Below, in pieces: positions 1 to 10,357 of a stretch of 32,298 nucleotides of DNA. This stretch comes from Candidatus Nomurabacteria bacterium RIFCSPHIGHO2_01_FULL_39_10 (GTDB lineage: Bacteria > Patescibacteriota > Minisyncoccia > Phycocordibacterales > UBA9973), in contig MFTJ01000009.1 of NCBI GenBank assembly GCA_001786805.1, positions 13,263 through 45,560 of the forward strand. The letters are read 5' to 3'. Position numbers and translations under genes: made by a program. The notes beneath the pieces are model-generated. The model was not told the origin of the DNA, did no database searches, and was given only the letters and a program-made list of their open reading frames with translations. Position 1 is the stretch's first letter. Every line of letters starts with the position of its first letter.

Positions 1-1703
1 TATTCCACGACAACTTTTCCAGAATTTGTGAATTTGCCTATGACCGCCCTTTCCACTCCCCGGCTTTCCATTAATTTTTGAAATGTTTTCCATTTACTTT
101 TCGGCACGGACAAAGTCATTCGTTCTTGTGATTCTGAAATCCAAATTTCCCAAGGCGCAAGACCAGGATATTTAAGCGGAACTTTTTCTAGGTGTACTTT
201 TACTCCTCCACACTCTTTTGCCATTTCTGCCACCGATGAAGACAGTCCGCCTGCGCCATTGTCGGTGATGCTGTTGTATAAATTCAAATCGCGCGCTTCT
301 TTGACTATGGCATCACTTAATTTTTTCTGAGTGATAGGGTCGCCGATTTGCACCGCAGTAGCAGGTGAAGTGGAATCTATTTTGACTGAAGAAAACGTTG
401 CGCCATGAATTCCGTCCAGCCCCACTCTTCCGCCAACCATGACTACGTAATCGCCCGGCTCTGCCTCTTTTTCGTGCGAGGGTCGTTTATTCCCTCCACT
501 GGCGGGCAAGTTCCTAGGAATTAATCCGACAGTTCCGGCGAACACCAAAGGTTTTCCTCTAAATCTGCTGTCGTATTTTACGAATCCGGAAAGAGTCGGA
601 ATTCCCGAACAATTTCCGCCAGCATTTATACCCTGAATCACTCCGTCCATAATTCTTTTGGAAGAGAGCATTGGTTCCCTTAAATTTTTATCTCGGAATA
701 ATTCTTTTTTATCTTCGGGCTCGCTCAAGCAAAATCCATAAGTATTCGCCACGGGCTTGGCGCCCAGCCCAAAGCCAATAGCGTCTCGATTTACTCCGAC
801 AACGCCGGTAATTGCTCCGCCGAATGGGTCAAGCGCCGAGGGGCTGTTGTGTGTTTCTACCTTGTGGCTTATTAAATAGTCTTTGTCAAAAATTATTCCA
901 CCGGCATTGTCGCTGAAAACAGAAACGCAGAAATCGTCTTTGCCTTTTCTCTTCCGTATTAAATTTGTCGCTCCTTTTATGTAAGTTTTATACAAACCAT
1001 CTTTTATATCGTCAATTGGATTGGCAAAAATGGTGTGTTTGCAATGTTCCGACCATGTTTGCGCAAGTGATTCCAATTCTATATCTGTCGGGTCTCTTTT
1101 TAATTTTGCAAAATACGTTTTGATGACCTGCATTGAAGATAAATCCAGCGCGAGCGGACCTCTGCGTTTATTATCCTCGCCCATTATTCCTTCTGTGCCT
1201 ATTTTTATGAGCTCTTCATCGGAAATCCCAAGCGAGATATTTATGACAGGAGAACTTTTCTTTAAAATTACCTCTGGAATTTCATTTGGCAAACTTACTT
1301 TGCCGTTTTTTATCTGCGCAATATGAGTTCTCTCAATGAGCGGATTGTATAAAGTAGAAGCAAATTTTTTCACCTCTTCTGTATTTTTTTTACCCGAAAT
1401 AAAAAAGATTTTAGAAGTGTAAACATAAAAGCTAGAATTATTTTTTAAGTGAAGCAAATCTGTCGCTATTTCTTTGACTGTATGTCCGACATTATCGGTT
1501 ACCCCCGGTAGAAAACCTATCTCTATGGCATACGAGAATCCCTTTATTTGGAGGGGTTTATTAATGAGATATTTTTCTAAAATAGGATTAGTCAGAGCTT
1601 CCGCGAGTCTCACTAGTTCTTTTGAGGATAATTTAGAATCAATAAGGTAAGAATCTGCTCTCATACTCCCCTTATTCGGCATAACGTATATGCGTGAAAT
1701 CAT
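1..1703 (-). CDS. purL: phosphoribosylformylglycinamidine synthase PurL, N-terminal part (C-terminus runs off the window start)
   Basis: Absent from the ORF track because it is open to position 1. Manual translation of the minus strand from the ATG at 1703-1701 gives MISRIYVMPNKG...TWSEHCKHTIFANPI...HKVETHNSPSALDPFGGAITGVVGVNRD...DNGAGGLSSSVAEMA...WEIWISESQERMTLSV, with no stop down to position 1. These are FGAM synthase signature blocks. About 170 aa precede the SEHCKH block. Confidence 0.85.
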   Translation of the reverse strand, partial: MISRIYVMPNKGSMRADSYLIDSKLSSKELVRLAEALTNPILEKYLINKPLQIKGFSYAIEIGFLPGVTDNVGHTVKEIATDLLHLKNNSSFYVYTSKIFFISGKKNTEEVKKFASTLYNPLIERTHIAQIKNGKVSLPNEIPEVILKKSSPVINISLGISDEELIKIGTEGIMGEDNKRRGPLALDLSSMQVIKTYFAKLKRDPTDIELESLAQTWSEHCKHTIFANPIDDIKDGLYKTYIKGATNLIRKRKGKDDFCVSVFSDNAGGIIFDKDYLISHKVETHNSPSALDPFGGAITGVVGVNRDAIGFGLGAKPVANTYGFCLSEPEDKKELFRDKNLREPMLSSKRIMDGVIQGINAGGNCSGIPTLSGFVKYDSRFRGKPLVFAGTVGLIPRNLPASGGNKRPSHEKEAEPGDYVVMVGGRVGLDGIHGATFSSVKIDSTSPATAVQIGDPITQKKLSDAIVKEARDLNLYNSITDNGAGGLSSSVAEMAKECGGVKVHLEKVPLKYPGLAPWEIWISESQERMTLSVPKSKWKTFQKLMESRGVERAVIGKFTNSGKVVVE

Positions 1704-1763
1704 ACATATATACTATATTATTTTCATTTCTTTGCCAATCTCATGTATTATTTGGAATACATA

Positions 1764-2099
1764 TTATGTCAAATTTATTCTAAATTCCTTGCCATGATCT
1801 TTGAAGCCAAGTTTCATATATAGGTCATGCACTTTAGCGCTTGTATATCGGCTTGTGCAAATAATTTTATAACATTTTTGCTTTTTTGCTTCCGCAATAA
1901 CTGCATTAACCAATTTTGTGCCTATGCCTTCCCCTCGATTTTTTTCTTCAACAAAAACATCTTCTAAAAATCCAAAAGGTTCTTCGTGCAAGCCATTAAA
2001 CATAACATAAAGATAAGCCCGCCCTAAAATTTCACCATTTTCTTCTGCGATGATTTTTATAGCATAACTTTTGTTTTCTTTATTAAATTTTATATTCAT
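1764..2099 (-). CDS. small GNAT-family N-acetyltransferase (111 aa)
   Basis: Acetyl-CoA binding motif A (VEEKNRGEGIGTKLV) followed by a KLGF motif. It lies co-directionally just downstream of xfp. Substrate unknown. Confidence 0.7.
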   Translation of the reverse strand: MNIKFNKENKSYAIKIIAEENGEILGRAYLYVMFNGLHEEPFGFLEDVFVEEKNRGEGIGTKLVNAVIAEAKKQKCYKIICTSRYTSAKVHDLYMKLGFKDHGKEFRINLT

Positions 2100-2126
2100 G
2101 TGATTTAGCGTGGCGCGTTGTTAATT

Positions 2127-4529
2127 TTAAAAATAATTAGTCCATCTCCAATTTCGCACTTCGGGCATATCGTTACCGTGTACGACGACGTGCCGGCGAT
2201 GTTCGTCAAGCTTTTCTTCCATCAGTTTGAGCAAGCGCGTTTCTTTATCACCCTTCTTGTTACCTTTATTCGGCAGAGAATTAATGACGTATTCCACAAT
2301 ATGATAGCGATCTATCGCGTTCAAGACTGTCATGTCAAAGGGAGTGGTGGTTGTTCCTTCCTCCTTATATCCGTACACATGCATGTTGTTGTGGTTAGGA
2401 CGGCTATAGGTAAGGCGATGAATGAGCGACGAATATCCATGAAAGATGAATGTGATTGGTTTATCTTTCGTAAAGAGAGCTTCAAATTCCGTATCATCAA
2501 TGCCATGAGGATGGTTTTTGTGTGGCCGAAGAGTCATAAGGTCTAGCACATTGATAACCCGAAGCTTCAACTTCGGAATGTGTTCTCTCATTATGGAAAC
2601 CGCCGCGAGTACCTCTAAAGTCGGCACATCTCCGGCGCATGCAATAACGGCGTCCGGGTCTCCGTCTTTGTCATTGCTTGCCCAATCCAAAACGCCTATT
2701 CCCTTGAATGTGTGGCGAATCGCCTCATCTATGGAGAACCATTGAGGCATTGTATGTTTGCCGGCTATGACCACGTTAATTTGATGCATACTCTTCATGC
2801 ACCTATCCATAACAGCGAGTAGACAATTCGCATCAGGCGGTAAATAGACCTGGATAATATCGGCTTTCTTTTGATACACATGGTCAATAAACCCGGGATC
2901 TTGGTGAGTAAAACCATTATGTCCCTGTCTCCATACATGAGAGGAAATAAGATAATTCAAAGATGCTATTTTTTTTCTCCATGGAATACGCGTGACAACA
3001 TTCAGCCACTTGGCATGCTGGTTGAACATAGAGCTTACAATGTTAATAAAGGCTTCGTAACTATTGAATAGTCCGTGCCGGCCGGTTAAGAGATACCCCT
3101 CAAGCCATCCTTGGCAAGTATGCTCACTCAAAACCTCCATCACGCGCCCGGACGGTGATGTAAATTCATCTTCACCCGGCTGGTTCGTCATCATTTGCCG
3201 ATTGGTAACTTCAAAAACTGCGCCGAGACCGTTAGACATAGTCTCGTCAGGGCCAAACAAGCGAAAATTCTGCTCCTTTTTATTTGCTTTAATTATATCA
3301 CGGAGGAACTGAGCGAATACTCTCATCGCTCCCTCACCTTCTTCTCCCCGCTTTTTAATTTCTACCGCATACTTCTTGAAGTCCAGCACGTGAAGTTTAC
3401 GTAATAATAAACCGCCGTTCGTATGCGGATTTGCTCCCATGCGCCTATTGCCTTTTGGCGCGAGTTCGGCGAGTTCGGGTTTTAATCTGCCTGCGCTATC
3501 AAATAGTTCTTCCGGTTTGTAGCTTTTGAGCCACTTGGTGAATTCCGCAAAATGCGTTTTGTTTGTTTTGAGGTCGGCAAAGATAACTTGATGCGAACGG
3601 AAGGTGCCTTCGTTTGGCTTTCCATCGATTATTTTTGGTCCAGTCCAACCTTTAGGCGTTATGAGAACTATCATCGGCCAGCGCGGCCGGGTGGTTACAT
3701 TCCGCTCTCGAGCATCTGCCTGTATGCGCTTTATTTCAACAACGACTTCGTCCAATTTTTTTGCCATAGCTTGATGCATTATTTCTGGGTCTTCTCCTTC
3801 AATAATGTGCGGTGTCCAGCCATACCCGCGGAACAACTGGTCTAATTCTTCTTTTGAAATTCGCGCAAAAATCGTCGGGTTTGAGATTTTATACCCATTC
3901 AAGTGAAAAATAGGCAGAACCGCGCCATCGGTTTTCGGATTTAAGAATTTATTTGAATGCCACGAGGTCGCCAAGGGTCCCGTCTCCGCTTCTCCGTCTC
4001 CCACAACGCATGCGGTAATTAAGTCGGGATTATCAAACACCGCTCCGAACGCATGGGAAAGCGAGTAGCCCAGCTCTCCCCCCTCATGAATAGACCCGGG
4101 GCATTCGGGAGAGACATGGCTAGGCACGCCGCCAGGAAAAGAAAATTGGGTAAATAATTTCTTCATTCCCTTTTCGTTCTGACTTATTTCGGGATAAACT
4201 TCGCTATAGGTGCCTTCAAGATAGGTATTAGCGAGCAAGGACGGACCGCCGTGGCCGGGACCTGAAATGTAGAACATATCCAGATCGTACTTTTTTATTA
4301 TCCTATTTAGATGTACATAGATAAAATTTTGCCCTGGCGAAGTTCCCCAATGACCCATTAAAAGGGGCTTGATATCATTTTGAGAAAGCGGGCACTTCCC
4401 GAGCGGGTTATCGTATAAATAAATTTGTCCGATGGATAAGTAATTAGCCGCGCGCCAGTAAGCATTAATTTTTGCAACAATGTCTTTAGATAAATAATTA
4501 TTTTTTTTCATGGGATTGAGATGCAACAA
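2127..4529 (-). CDS. xfp: xylulose-5-phosphate/fructose-6-phosphate phosphoketolase
   Basis: The 800-aa ORF has phosphoketolase hallmark blocks ([54 protein letters not shown]). The real start may be the second ATG at 4511 (MKKNNYL). The ORF overlaps the pta stop. Confidence 0.93.
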   Translation of the reverse strand: MLHLNPMKKNNYLSKDIVAKINAYWRAANYLSIGQIYLYDNPLGKCPLSQNDIKPLLMGHWGTSPGQNFIYVHLNRIIKKYDLDMFYISGPGHGGPSLLANTYLEGTYSEVYPEISQNEKGMKKLFTQFSFPGGVPSHVSPECPGSIHEGGELGYSLSHAFGAVFDNPDLITACVVGDGEAETGPLATSWHSNKFLNPKTDGAVLPIFHLNGYKISNPTIFARISKEELDQLFRGYGWTPHIIEGEDPEIMHQAMAKKLDEVVVEIKRIQADARERNVTTRPRWPMIVLITPKGWTGPKIIDGKPNEGTFRSHQVIFADLKTNKTHFAEFTKWLKSYKPEELFDSAGRLKPELAELAPKGNRRMGANPHTNGGLLLRKLHVLDFKKYAVEIKKRGEEGEGAMRVFAQFLRDIIKANKKEQNFRLFGPDETMSNGLGAVFEVTNRQMMTNQPGEDEFTSPSGRVMEVLSEHTCQGWLEGYLLTGRHGLFNSYEAFINIVSSMFNQHAKWLNVVTRIPWRKKIASLNYLISSHVWRQGHNGFTHQDPGFIDHVYQKKADIIQVYLPPDANCLLAVMDRCMKSMHQINVVIAGKHTMPQWFSIDEAIRHTFKGIGVLDWASNDKDGDPDAVIACAGDVPTLEVLAAVSIMREHIPKLKLRVINVLDLMTLRPHKNHPHGIDDTEFEALFTKDKPITFIFHGYSSLIHRLTYSRPNHNNMHVYGYKEEGTTTTPFDMTVLNAIDRYHIVEYVINSLPNKGNKKGDKETRLLKLMEEKLDEHRRHVVVHGNDMPEVRNWRWTNYF

Positions 4530-5505
4530 TACTTACGATATTGACGATATCATCAACCTTCGCTCCGCGGGATAAATCACTAATTGGTTTTTTTAATCCC
4601 TGCAAGATGGGACCGAGCGTTTGTGTTCCCGGAGATAGACAGGTCACGAGCTTGTAGGCGATGTTTGCCGCGTCAAGCGAAGGGAAAATTAATACATTCG
4701 CTCTGCCGCCGATTAAATTTCCCGGCGCCTTCCGCTCCGAAATAGATTTGACAAGCGCTACATCCGCTTGAATTTCGCCGTCAATAATTAGCTTCGGTCT
4801 CCGAGCGCGTACCAATTCAAGAGCCTCTTTAACAATGGCGATTGACTGACCACTGCCTCCCGAACCCTTCGTGCTGTACGAAAGAAGGGCGACTCTGGAT
4901 TCGTCCCCGACAATATGAGAACGCGCGTCCGAAGCCGCAATGGCAATGTCTGCGAGTTGTTCTGAAGTTGGTTGTGGCACAACGGCGCAATCAGAAAAAG
5001 TCAGAATCTCTTCATTATCTCCGCGAAAAGCCGGGACAATCATATAAAATGAACTTGAGACTGTCTGTATTTCAGGAGCTTTTCCGACTAGCCAAAGTCC
5101 TGCTCGCAAAACGTCCGCGCTCGGGCATCCTGCTCCGGCAACTAACCCATCACCTTCTCCTTCGCGCAATAAGTACATACCGTACATCAATGGATGGCGC
5201 GCAAGGCTGCGCGCCATCTCCGGAGTCAATTCATCCTTTGTACCGAGCTTTGACGACCGCAGTTCAATGAGTAATTTAGCAAGAGCATCTGCTCGCTTCT
5301 CCTCTATCTCAACATATTCAAAACCAAGCGATTTAATCTTTGTAGCATCCTCTTTGCTACAAACAAAAATAGGCGCAGCAATTTTTTCTTTCACGAGGAT
5401 TTTTGCGGCTTCAAGCACTCTCTCATCTTCTGATTCCGGAAGAATTACTTTTCGTATATATCCTTCGGTAGCGCGGGTGCGAAGATTTTGAAGAAAAGTA
5501 TTCAT
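4498..5505 (-). CDS. pta: phosphate acetyltransferase
   Basis: The 335-aa PTA_PTB-type protein carries the blocks [36 protein letters not shown] and [14 protein letters not shown]. It is adjacent to and overlaps xfp. Confidence 0.88.
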   Translation of the reverse strand: MNTFLQNLRTRATEGYIRKVILPESEDERVLEAAKILVKEKIAAPIFVCSKEDATKIKSLGFEYVEIEEKRADALAKLLIELRSSKLGTKDELTPEMARSLARHPLMYGMYLLREGEGDGLVAGAGCPSADVLRAGLWLVGKAPEIQTVSSSFYMIVPAFRGDNEEILTFSDCAVVPQPTSEQLADIAIAASDARSHIVGDESRVALLSYSTKGSGGSGQSIAIVKEALELVRARRPKLIIDGEIQADVALVKSISERKAPGNLIGGRANVLIFPSLDAANIAYKLVTCLSPGTQTLGPILQGLKKPISDLSRGAKVDDIVNIVSIVASQSHEKK

Positions 5506-5515
5506 AAAATATGTT

Positions 5516-7378
5516 TTATTCTACAGTTACACTTTTTGCTAAGTTTCTAGGCTTATCTACGTCATTGCCACGCTCTACCGCTATATAATATGCTAAAAGC
5601 TGCATGGGTACAAAAGCTAAAATCGGATAAAGCATTTCCAGTGTTTTGGGAATGTAAATCACATCGTCTGCCATTTTTTCTAGTTCTTTATTGCCTTCTG
5701 TTGTAAGCGCTATCACGAGCCCCCCGCGGGCTTTTATTTCCTGTATAGAACTTTTGCTTTTTTCATATATGCTGTCTGTGGGCGTGATGACAAGCGTAGG
5801 AAAATTTTTATCAATCAGGGAAAGAGGTCCGTGTTTTAATTCTGTTGAATTGCATCCTTCGGCGTGAATATAGGAACATTCTTTTAGTTTAAGCGCTCCT
5901 TCTAGTGCCGCCGCCGCATTATATTTTCGTCCAAGAAAAAAGAAATTATTGTAATTTTTATACTTTTTCGCCAATTTTTTTATAGTATTTGCATTTTTTA
6001 GAATTTTTTCAACTAAATTTGGGAGGACAAGTATTTCTTTTAAAATTTCCTGCCCTTTCTTTTTTGAAAGACCCCGCATTCTGCCTAAATAAATCGCAAG
6101 CATTATTTGGAGCAAGACCTGCGAAGTAGACGCTTTAGTGGAAGCTACAGCGGTTTCCGGTCCGACATGATTGTATATACCGGCATCCACTTCTCGCGCT
6201 ATGCTTGAGCCGATGACATTTACAATTCCTAAAGTCAGCATTCTCTCACTCTTTGCCTTTTTGATGGCATTTAGCGTATCCAAAGTTTCTCCAGACTGAG
6301 AAATAGCTAATAGCCCAGTATTTTTGTGAGCGACAGTCTCCCGATAAGTAAATTCTGAACCGTATTCTACTTTCGTCGGGATACCCGCAAGTTCTTCAAA
6401 AGCGTATTCGCCAACCAGTCCGGTAAAGCGCGCCGTACCCATTCCCGCTATCGTAATGCGCCGCAAACTTTTTAATTCCTTTTTGAATTTCTCCAGCCCG
6501 CCGAATTTAACATTGCCTTTTTCTAAAACAATTCTGCCACGCATTGTGTTGCGCAAAGATTCCGGCTGTTCAAAAATTTCTTTGAGCATGAAGTGTGGAT
6601 AGCCTCCTTTTTCAAGTTCCTCGATTTTTGTTTTCAGCGTATGAACATATGGATTTTTTATTACTTTATTTCCTACTGTTTTTATTTTTAAGGTAAGTTT
6701 TCCATTTTTTGCTGTATTTATTACGGCCATCTCACCATCGCCTAAATAAATAACTTTTTTAGTATGGTCTACAATCGGAGTGGCGTCAGAAGCGACAAAA
6801 AATTCACCCTTGCCTACACCGATAATTGCCGGAGAGCCGACTTTTGCCACTACCATTACGCCGGGTTCGTCTTTGGATAAGACTAAAACAGCATAAGCTC
6901 CGACTATCTGCGCGAGCGCTAGACGGACAGCCTCATCAATGGCGACTTTTGCGTTCTTTTTTATATCCTCAATCAAGTTTGCTAAAACTTCAGTGTCTGT
7001 GTCGCTTTTAAACTTGTATCCTTTTCCAATCAAAACTTTTTTTATGGAAAGATAATTTTCTATAATGCCGTTGTGTACAATCACAATATCTCCGCCGTTT
7101 GATAAATGCGGATGCGCGTTTCTGTCTGATGGTACGCCATGAGTCGCCCAGCGGGTGTGCGCGATGCCCACTCCGCCTGAAAGTTCATTATCCTTTTTTT
7201 CTTTTTCAAATTTAGCCAATTCCGCCACTCTGCCCTTTTTTTTATAAACGGAAAAAGTACCTTTGTCTAACAAAGCAATTCCTGCGGAATCATATCCGCG
7301 GTATTCCAGCCGTTCCAATCCCTTATACAAAACCGGCCAAGCCTCTTTTTTCCCAATGTATCCGATAATTCCGCACAT
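5516..7378 (-). CDS. glmS: glutamine--fructose-6-phosphate aminotransferase (isomerizing)
   Basis: N-terminal MCGIIGY nucleophile motif, two SIS domains (ISQSGETLDT), and the C-terminal DKPRNLAKSVTVE ending typical of GlmS. Confidence 0.95.
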   Translation of the reverse strand: MCGIIGYIGKKEAWPVLYKGLERLEYRGYDSAGIALLDKGTFSVYKKKGRVAELAKFEKEKKDNELSGGVGIAHTRWATHGVPSDRNAHPHLSNGGDIVIVHNGIIENYLSIKKVLIGKGYKFKSDTDTEVLANLIEDIKKNAKVAIDEAVRLALAQIVGAYAVLVLSKDEPGVMVVAKVGSPAIIGVGKGEFFVASDATPIVDHTKKVIYLGDGEMAVINTAKNGKLTLKIKTVGNKVIKNPYVHTLKTKIEELEKGGYPHFMLKEIFEQPESLRNTMRGRIVLEKGNVKFGGLEKFKKELKSLRRITIAGMGTARFTGLVGEYAFEELAGIPTKVEYGSEFTYRETVAHKNTGLLAISQSGETLDTLNAIKKAKSERMLTLGIVNVIGSSIAREVDAGIYNHVGPETAVASTKASTSQVLLQIMLAIYLGRMRGLSKKKGQEILKEILVLPNLVEKILKNANTIKKLAKKYKNYNNFFFLGRKYNAAAALEGALKLKECSYIHAEGCNSTELKHGPLSLIDKNFPTLVITPTDSIYEKSKSSIQEIKARGGLVIALTTEGNKELEKMADDVIYIPKTLEMLYPILAFVPMQLLAYYIAVERGNDVDKPRNLAKSVTVE

Positions 7379-7423
7379 GGAAAAAGCATAGCAAATTTTG
7401 TAAATTTAGGCTATTATTTACGA

Positions 7424-8404
7424 ATGAAAAACATTGTGACTATAGGCGGAGGCACTGGTAGCTATACTGTCTTATCAGGGCTAAAAAATATCCCAGGTAT
7501 TTCTATTTCGGCACTCGTTTCCATGGCGGATGATGGCGGTTCTGGAGGAGCGTTAAGAAATGAGCTTGGCGTTCTCCCTCCGGGAGATGTAAGGCTGTGT
7601 CTTGTCGCCCTTTCTGAACATAGTAATGTAATGCGTGAATTAATGAATTATAGATTTAAGGAAGGAACCTTGGTAGGGCATAACTTCGGCAATATTTTTT
7701 TAGCGGCATTTGAAAAAGTTACTGGAGATTTTACAAAGGGTCTGGAAATAGCTTCAGAAATTTTAAAAATTAAAGGCACTGTGATACCAATAACAAAAAA
7801 TAAAGCGGAGTTGGCAGTGTCGCTTTTAGATGGAAAAGTATTTGAAGGAGAAAACAATATACAAAATGCTGATTTGCAGTCAGTGGGCATAAAAGAAGTT
7901 TTTTATAAAAATAAAGTTTTGTTAAATGAATATGCCAAAGTTGCAATATTGAAAGCGGATTATGTAATCTTAGGTCCCGGAAATTATTTCTGTTCTATTG
8001 TGCCCAATTTAATAGTCAAAGGTTTTAAGGAAACTATTCTTGAAAGTAAAGCTAAGATTATTTTACCTATAAATTTAACCAATAAATCAGGGCATACGAC
8101 AAATTGGAAAGCCAGCACTTATCTAAAAGATGTAGAAAAATATCTAGAAAAACCTGTTGATTTTATTTTAGTAAATAAAGACACGCTATCTAAAGAGCAA
8201 ATTGAATGTTATAAGATAGAGGAAGGAGAAGGAGTGCTCGTTGAAGATGATTTCAACGATAGTCGTGTTATCAGAACCCATCTGCTTTCTCATATTATAT
8301 TTGAAAAGCCAAAAGAAGATGTAATTCCTAGCACGAAAGGATTTATTCGTCATGATTCGGAAAAATTAGCGGAGTGTATAGAGAAAATAATAAATAAAAA
8401 ATAA
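7424..8404 (+). CDS. yvcK: YvcK/GlmR-like (CofD-fold, UPF0052) protein
   Basis: TIGGGTGSYTVLSGLK ... SMADDGGSGGALRNELGVLPPGDVR ... GHNFGNIFLAA ... ILGPGNYFCSIVPNL matches the YvcK/CofD family pattern. It is divergent from glmS. Confidence 0.8.
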   Translation: MKNIVTIGGGTGSYTVLSGLKNIPGISISALVSMADDGGSGGALRNELGVLPPGDVRLCLVALSEHSNVMRELMNYRFKEGTLVGHNFGNIFLAAFEKVTGDFTKGLEIASEILKIKGTVIPITKNKAELAVSLLDGKVFEGENNIQNADLQSVGIKEVFYKNKVLLNEYAKVAILKADYVILGPGNYFCSIVPNLIVKGFKETILESKAKIILPINLTNKSGHTTNWKASTYLKDVEKYLEKPVDFILVNKDTLSKEQIECYKIEEGEGVLVEDDFNDSRVIRTHLLSHIIFEKPKEDVIPSTKGFIRHDSEKLAECIEKIINKK

Positions 8405-8946
8405 TGAAATTCATTTTTGATTTTGATGATGTGCTGTTTCATACAACTAAAAAATTTAGAGAGCACGAAAACGCCATCTTAGAAAAAGCGGGGATATCGC
8501 GGGAAACAAGCATGGAATATTCTAAAAAAGAGAGATGGAATCTATTTTCATTAAGAAAAATGCTGGCGCATTTTTCTGTCCCTCCTGAACTTTACGAAAA
8601 AATAATGGAAAAAAGCAAGAACCATGTAAATGAAGAACTGCGGGAAATAATAGAAAAATTAGGCAAACCAAACTGCTATTTAGTTACTTATGGCGATGAA
8701 GAATTTCAGCTGGATAAAATAAAAAGATCTGGCATAATGCCGTTATTCTCAGAAGTTATTGTAGTGATTGGCAGCAAGAAAGAAGCAATAGAAAAAATAT
8801 GCGCTAAATACAAAAACGAAAAAGTAATATTTGTTGACGACAAAGCCAAACATTTTGAAGACTTGGATTTTATAAAATATCCAAATTTAAAAACAATTCT
8901 TTATGACGAGCGGGGTTTAGAGAAACTCACTTCAATTTTATCATAG
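8404..8946 (+). CDS. HAD-superfamily hydrolase/phosphatase
   Basis: HAD motif I (FIFDFDDVLF) lies at the N-terminus and a late VDDK motif follows. Its ATG overlaps the yvcK stop (TAATG), suggesting translational coupling. Confidence 0.65.
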   Translation: MKFIFDFDDVLFHTTKKFREHENAILEKAGISRETSMEYSKKERWNLFSLRKMLAHFSVPPELYEKIMEKSKNHVNEELREIIEKLGKPNCYLVTYGDEEFQLDKIKRSGIMPLFSEVIVVIGSKKEAIEKICAKYKNEKVIFVDDKAKHFEDLDFIKYPNLKTILYDERGLEKLTSILS

Positions 8947-10045
8947 TCGTAAGCGCTGGTTCGGTATAAACCGGCACGATGGTAAACCGCAGACGGCCTA
9001 TTAATTGCCCTTGTTCGGTTTTGACATTCACCTGCCATCTTCCGGGAGCCAGATTTGAAAGCTTGGAGTATGTGCGAAAGCCTCCATCTCGTCCGCCCAC
9101 CACGGATAAGTCCACAACGCTTTTAGTTGCCCATTCATCTTTTGTCTCATTATAGTACTGCCACTCATGCTGTACTGAAAGATCAAGTCCTTTGGGAGAA
9201 AAAATAGAGCTAAATGCATACACCGGCTTGCCCGTTACTTTTTTAAAATCAGGATATAAATTGAAATAATCTCTCCAGCCATGCTTTTCGTACGCAACGA
9301 CCAGATTCCCCTTTTCGTTTCTATACACAGAATGATAAACACCGCCCTCCTTGATTGAAAGCGGAATCGGCGGAATTACATTGGTGAAATACAGTATATT
9401 AACCAAAATAAAAATAATTGTAATTAGCCAGTATATTAAATTTTTGCTTTTAGCAAATTTACCTTTTGTAAAGTAGAATAAAACTTTAATAAAAAGCGCG
9501 ATTAAAATTATGCTGACTAATCCCGAAAATAAAAATATTTCCGCGCCGATTTTACGCAAAAGAACAGGTATGACAAAAATTGAAAACCAGTAAATTGAGA
9601 GGAAGAACAGGCTTATCTGAAAACCAAGCCTGATGTAATGTTTTTTTAAAAATTCATTTCCGATAAAAATTAAAACAAGAAGAGCAATGAAAGGCCACGC
9701 CACCATTATGTCCGCGCTTCGGAAATATAAAACCAAGAAAGCGGAAAAAACTCCGCCAAAAGCGAATTGAAGAATGTTCACATACCAGAAATGCGCTTTG
9801 CTTAAGTTTTCTTTACCCCGCCCTTCTGGGCGAGGCAGGTCGCTAGATTCAGTTTCTTTCAGATGAATTAAGATAATAAAAACCGCGATTATAAAAAGAT
9901 AGCCGGAAATCCAAACATTTTCCCAAAGCGCATCCACACGTCTTAGTGTGAAAGCGTCAAAAATAAACCCAAGAAGAAGGGAAAAAGAAGAAATCGGGCG
10001 TTCAAAACGGGTGTAAAAATTATGAACGGGATGCAGGAAACGCAT
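8927..10045 (-). CDS. multi-pass membrane protein with C-terminal soluble beta-rich domain (DUF2914-like)
   Basis: The 372-aa ORF has about 7 hydrophobic segments followed by a GGRDGGFRTY...GRWQVNVKTEQGQLIGRLRF tail. The family assignment is from memory only. It ends with a TGA stop. Confidence 0.6.
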   Translation of the reverse strand: MRFLHPVHNFYTRFERPISSFSLLLGFIFDAFTLRRVDALWENVWISGYLFIIAVFIILIHLKETESSDLPRPEGRGKENLSKAHFWYVNILQFAFGGVFSAFLVLYFRSADIMVAWPFIALLVLIFIGNEFLKKHYIRLGFQISLFFLSIYWFSIFVIPVLLRKIGAEIFLFSGLVSIILIALFIKVLFYFTKGKFAKSKNLIYWLITIIFILVNILYFTNVIPPIPLSIKEGGVYHSVYRNEKGNLVVAYEKHGWRDYFNLYPDFKKVTGKPVYAFSSIFSPKGLDLSVQHEWQYYNETKDEWATKSVVDLSVVGGRDGGFRTYSKLSNLAPGRWQVNVKTEQGQLIGRLRFTIVPVYTEPALTTMIKLK

Positions 10046-10321
10046 AATTTAAGTATAACATCATCTAGAAATTTCATCTTTATATCAGTAATCTCCCAAT
10101 AACTACGGGATAAAAACCCAATTCTTTGTTTATTTTTTCAGCCAATAATTTTATTGAATTTATATAATCTCGAATAAACATATCTCTTTGGTATTCAGAT
10201 CTCTGTTCTTCATAATCTCTCACTTTCATATATAATCGTTTCTTTTAAATTTATTTTTATTGATGATTTTAGCTTTGTCATTTTCATTTTAATATTTTCA
10301 TCTGACTTTCTGCCTACATCT

Positions 10322-10353
10322 ACACCCTTACAAACTCCAGTTTGTAAGGGTGT
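10322..10353 (-). terminator. perfect 14-bp stem / 4-nt loop hairpin directly after the ArsR-type gene stop; terminator and/or operator
   Basis: ACACCCTTACAAAC-TCCA-GTTTGTAAGGGTGT lies 4 nt from the stop at 10358. No U-tract follows on the minus strand, so an intrinsic-terminator role is uncertain. It is homologous to the palindrome at 10659-10690. Confidence 0.4.
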
Positions 10354-10357
10354 GTTA

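Noticed and set aside
753-770. GC-rich imperfect palindrome GGGCTTGGCGCCCAGCCC in purL, considered as another in-frame element
   Set aside because: It encodes GFGLGAKP, which lies in a conserved PurL catalytic-loop region and has no repeat relatives in the window. It is most likely a coincidence of Gly/Ala codons.
2118-3845. Plus-strand ORFs of 66-142 aa (2118..2546, 2518..2745, 2871..3071, 3064..3312, 3195..3404, 3552..3845). Similar antisense ORFs lie inside pta, glmS, dnaX, dus, serS, topA, relA, parB, the ALS-family gene, the aldehyde dehydrogenase, ddl and the M24 gene.
   Set aside because: All are fully embedded antisense to long ORFs with strong family signatures. They have low-complexity or hydrophobic shadow-frame composition and no recognisable motifs.
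7379-7423. Possible glmS ribozyme/riboswitch in the glmS leader
   Set aside because: Only 45 nt separate glmS from the divergent yvcK start, which is far too short for the ribozyme. No conserved core is visible.
10080-10229. 49-aa minus-strand ORF (MKVRDYEEQRSEYQRDMFIRDYINSIKLLAEKINKELGFYPVVIGRLLI) in the 312-bp AT-rich spacer downstream of the ArsR-type gene
   Set aside because: I saw no SD and no recognisable family, and such ORFs arise easily in AT-rich DNA. It is worth a look only if transcript or proteome data exist.
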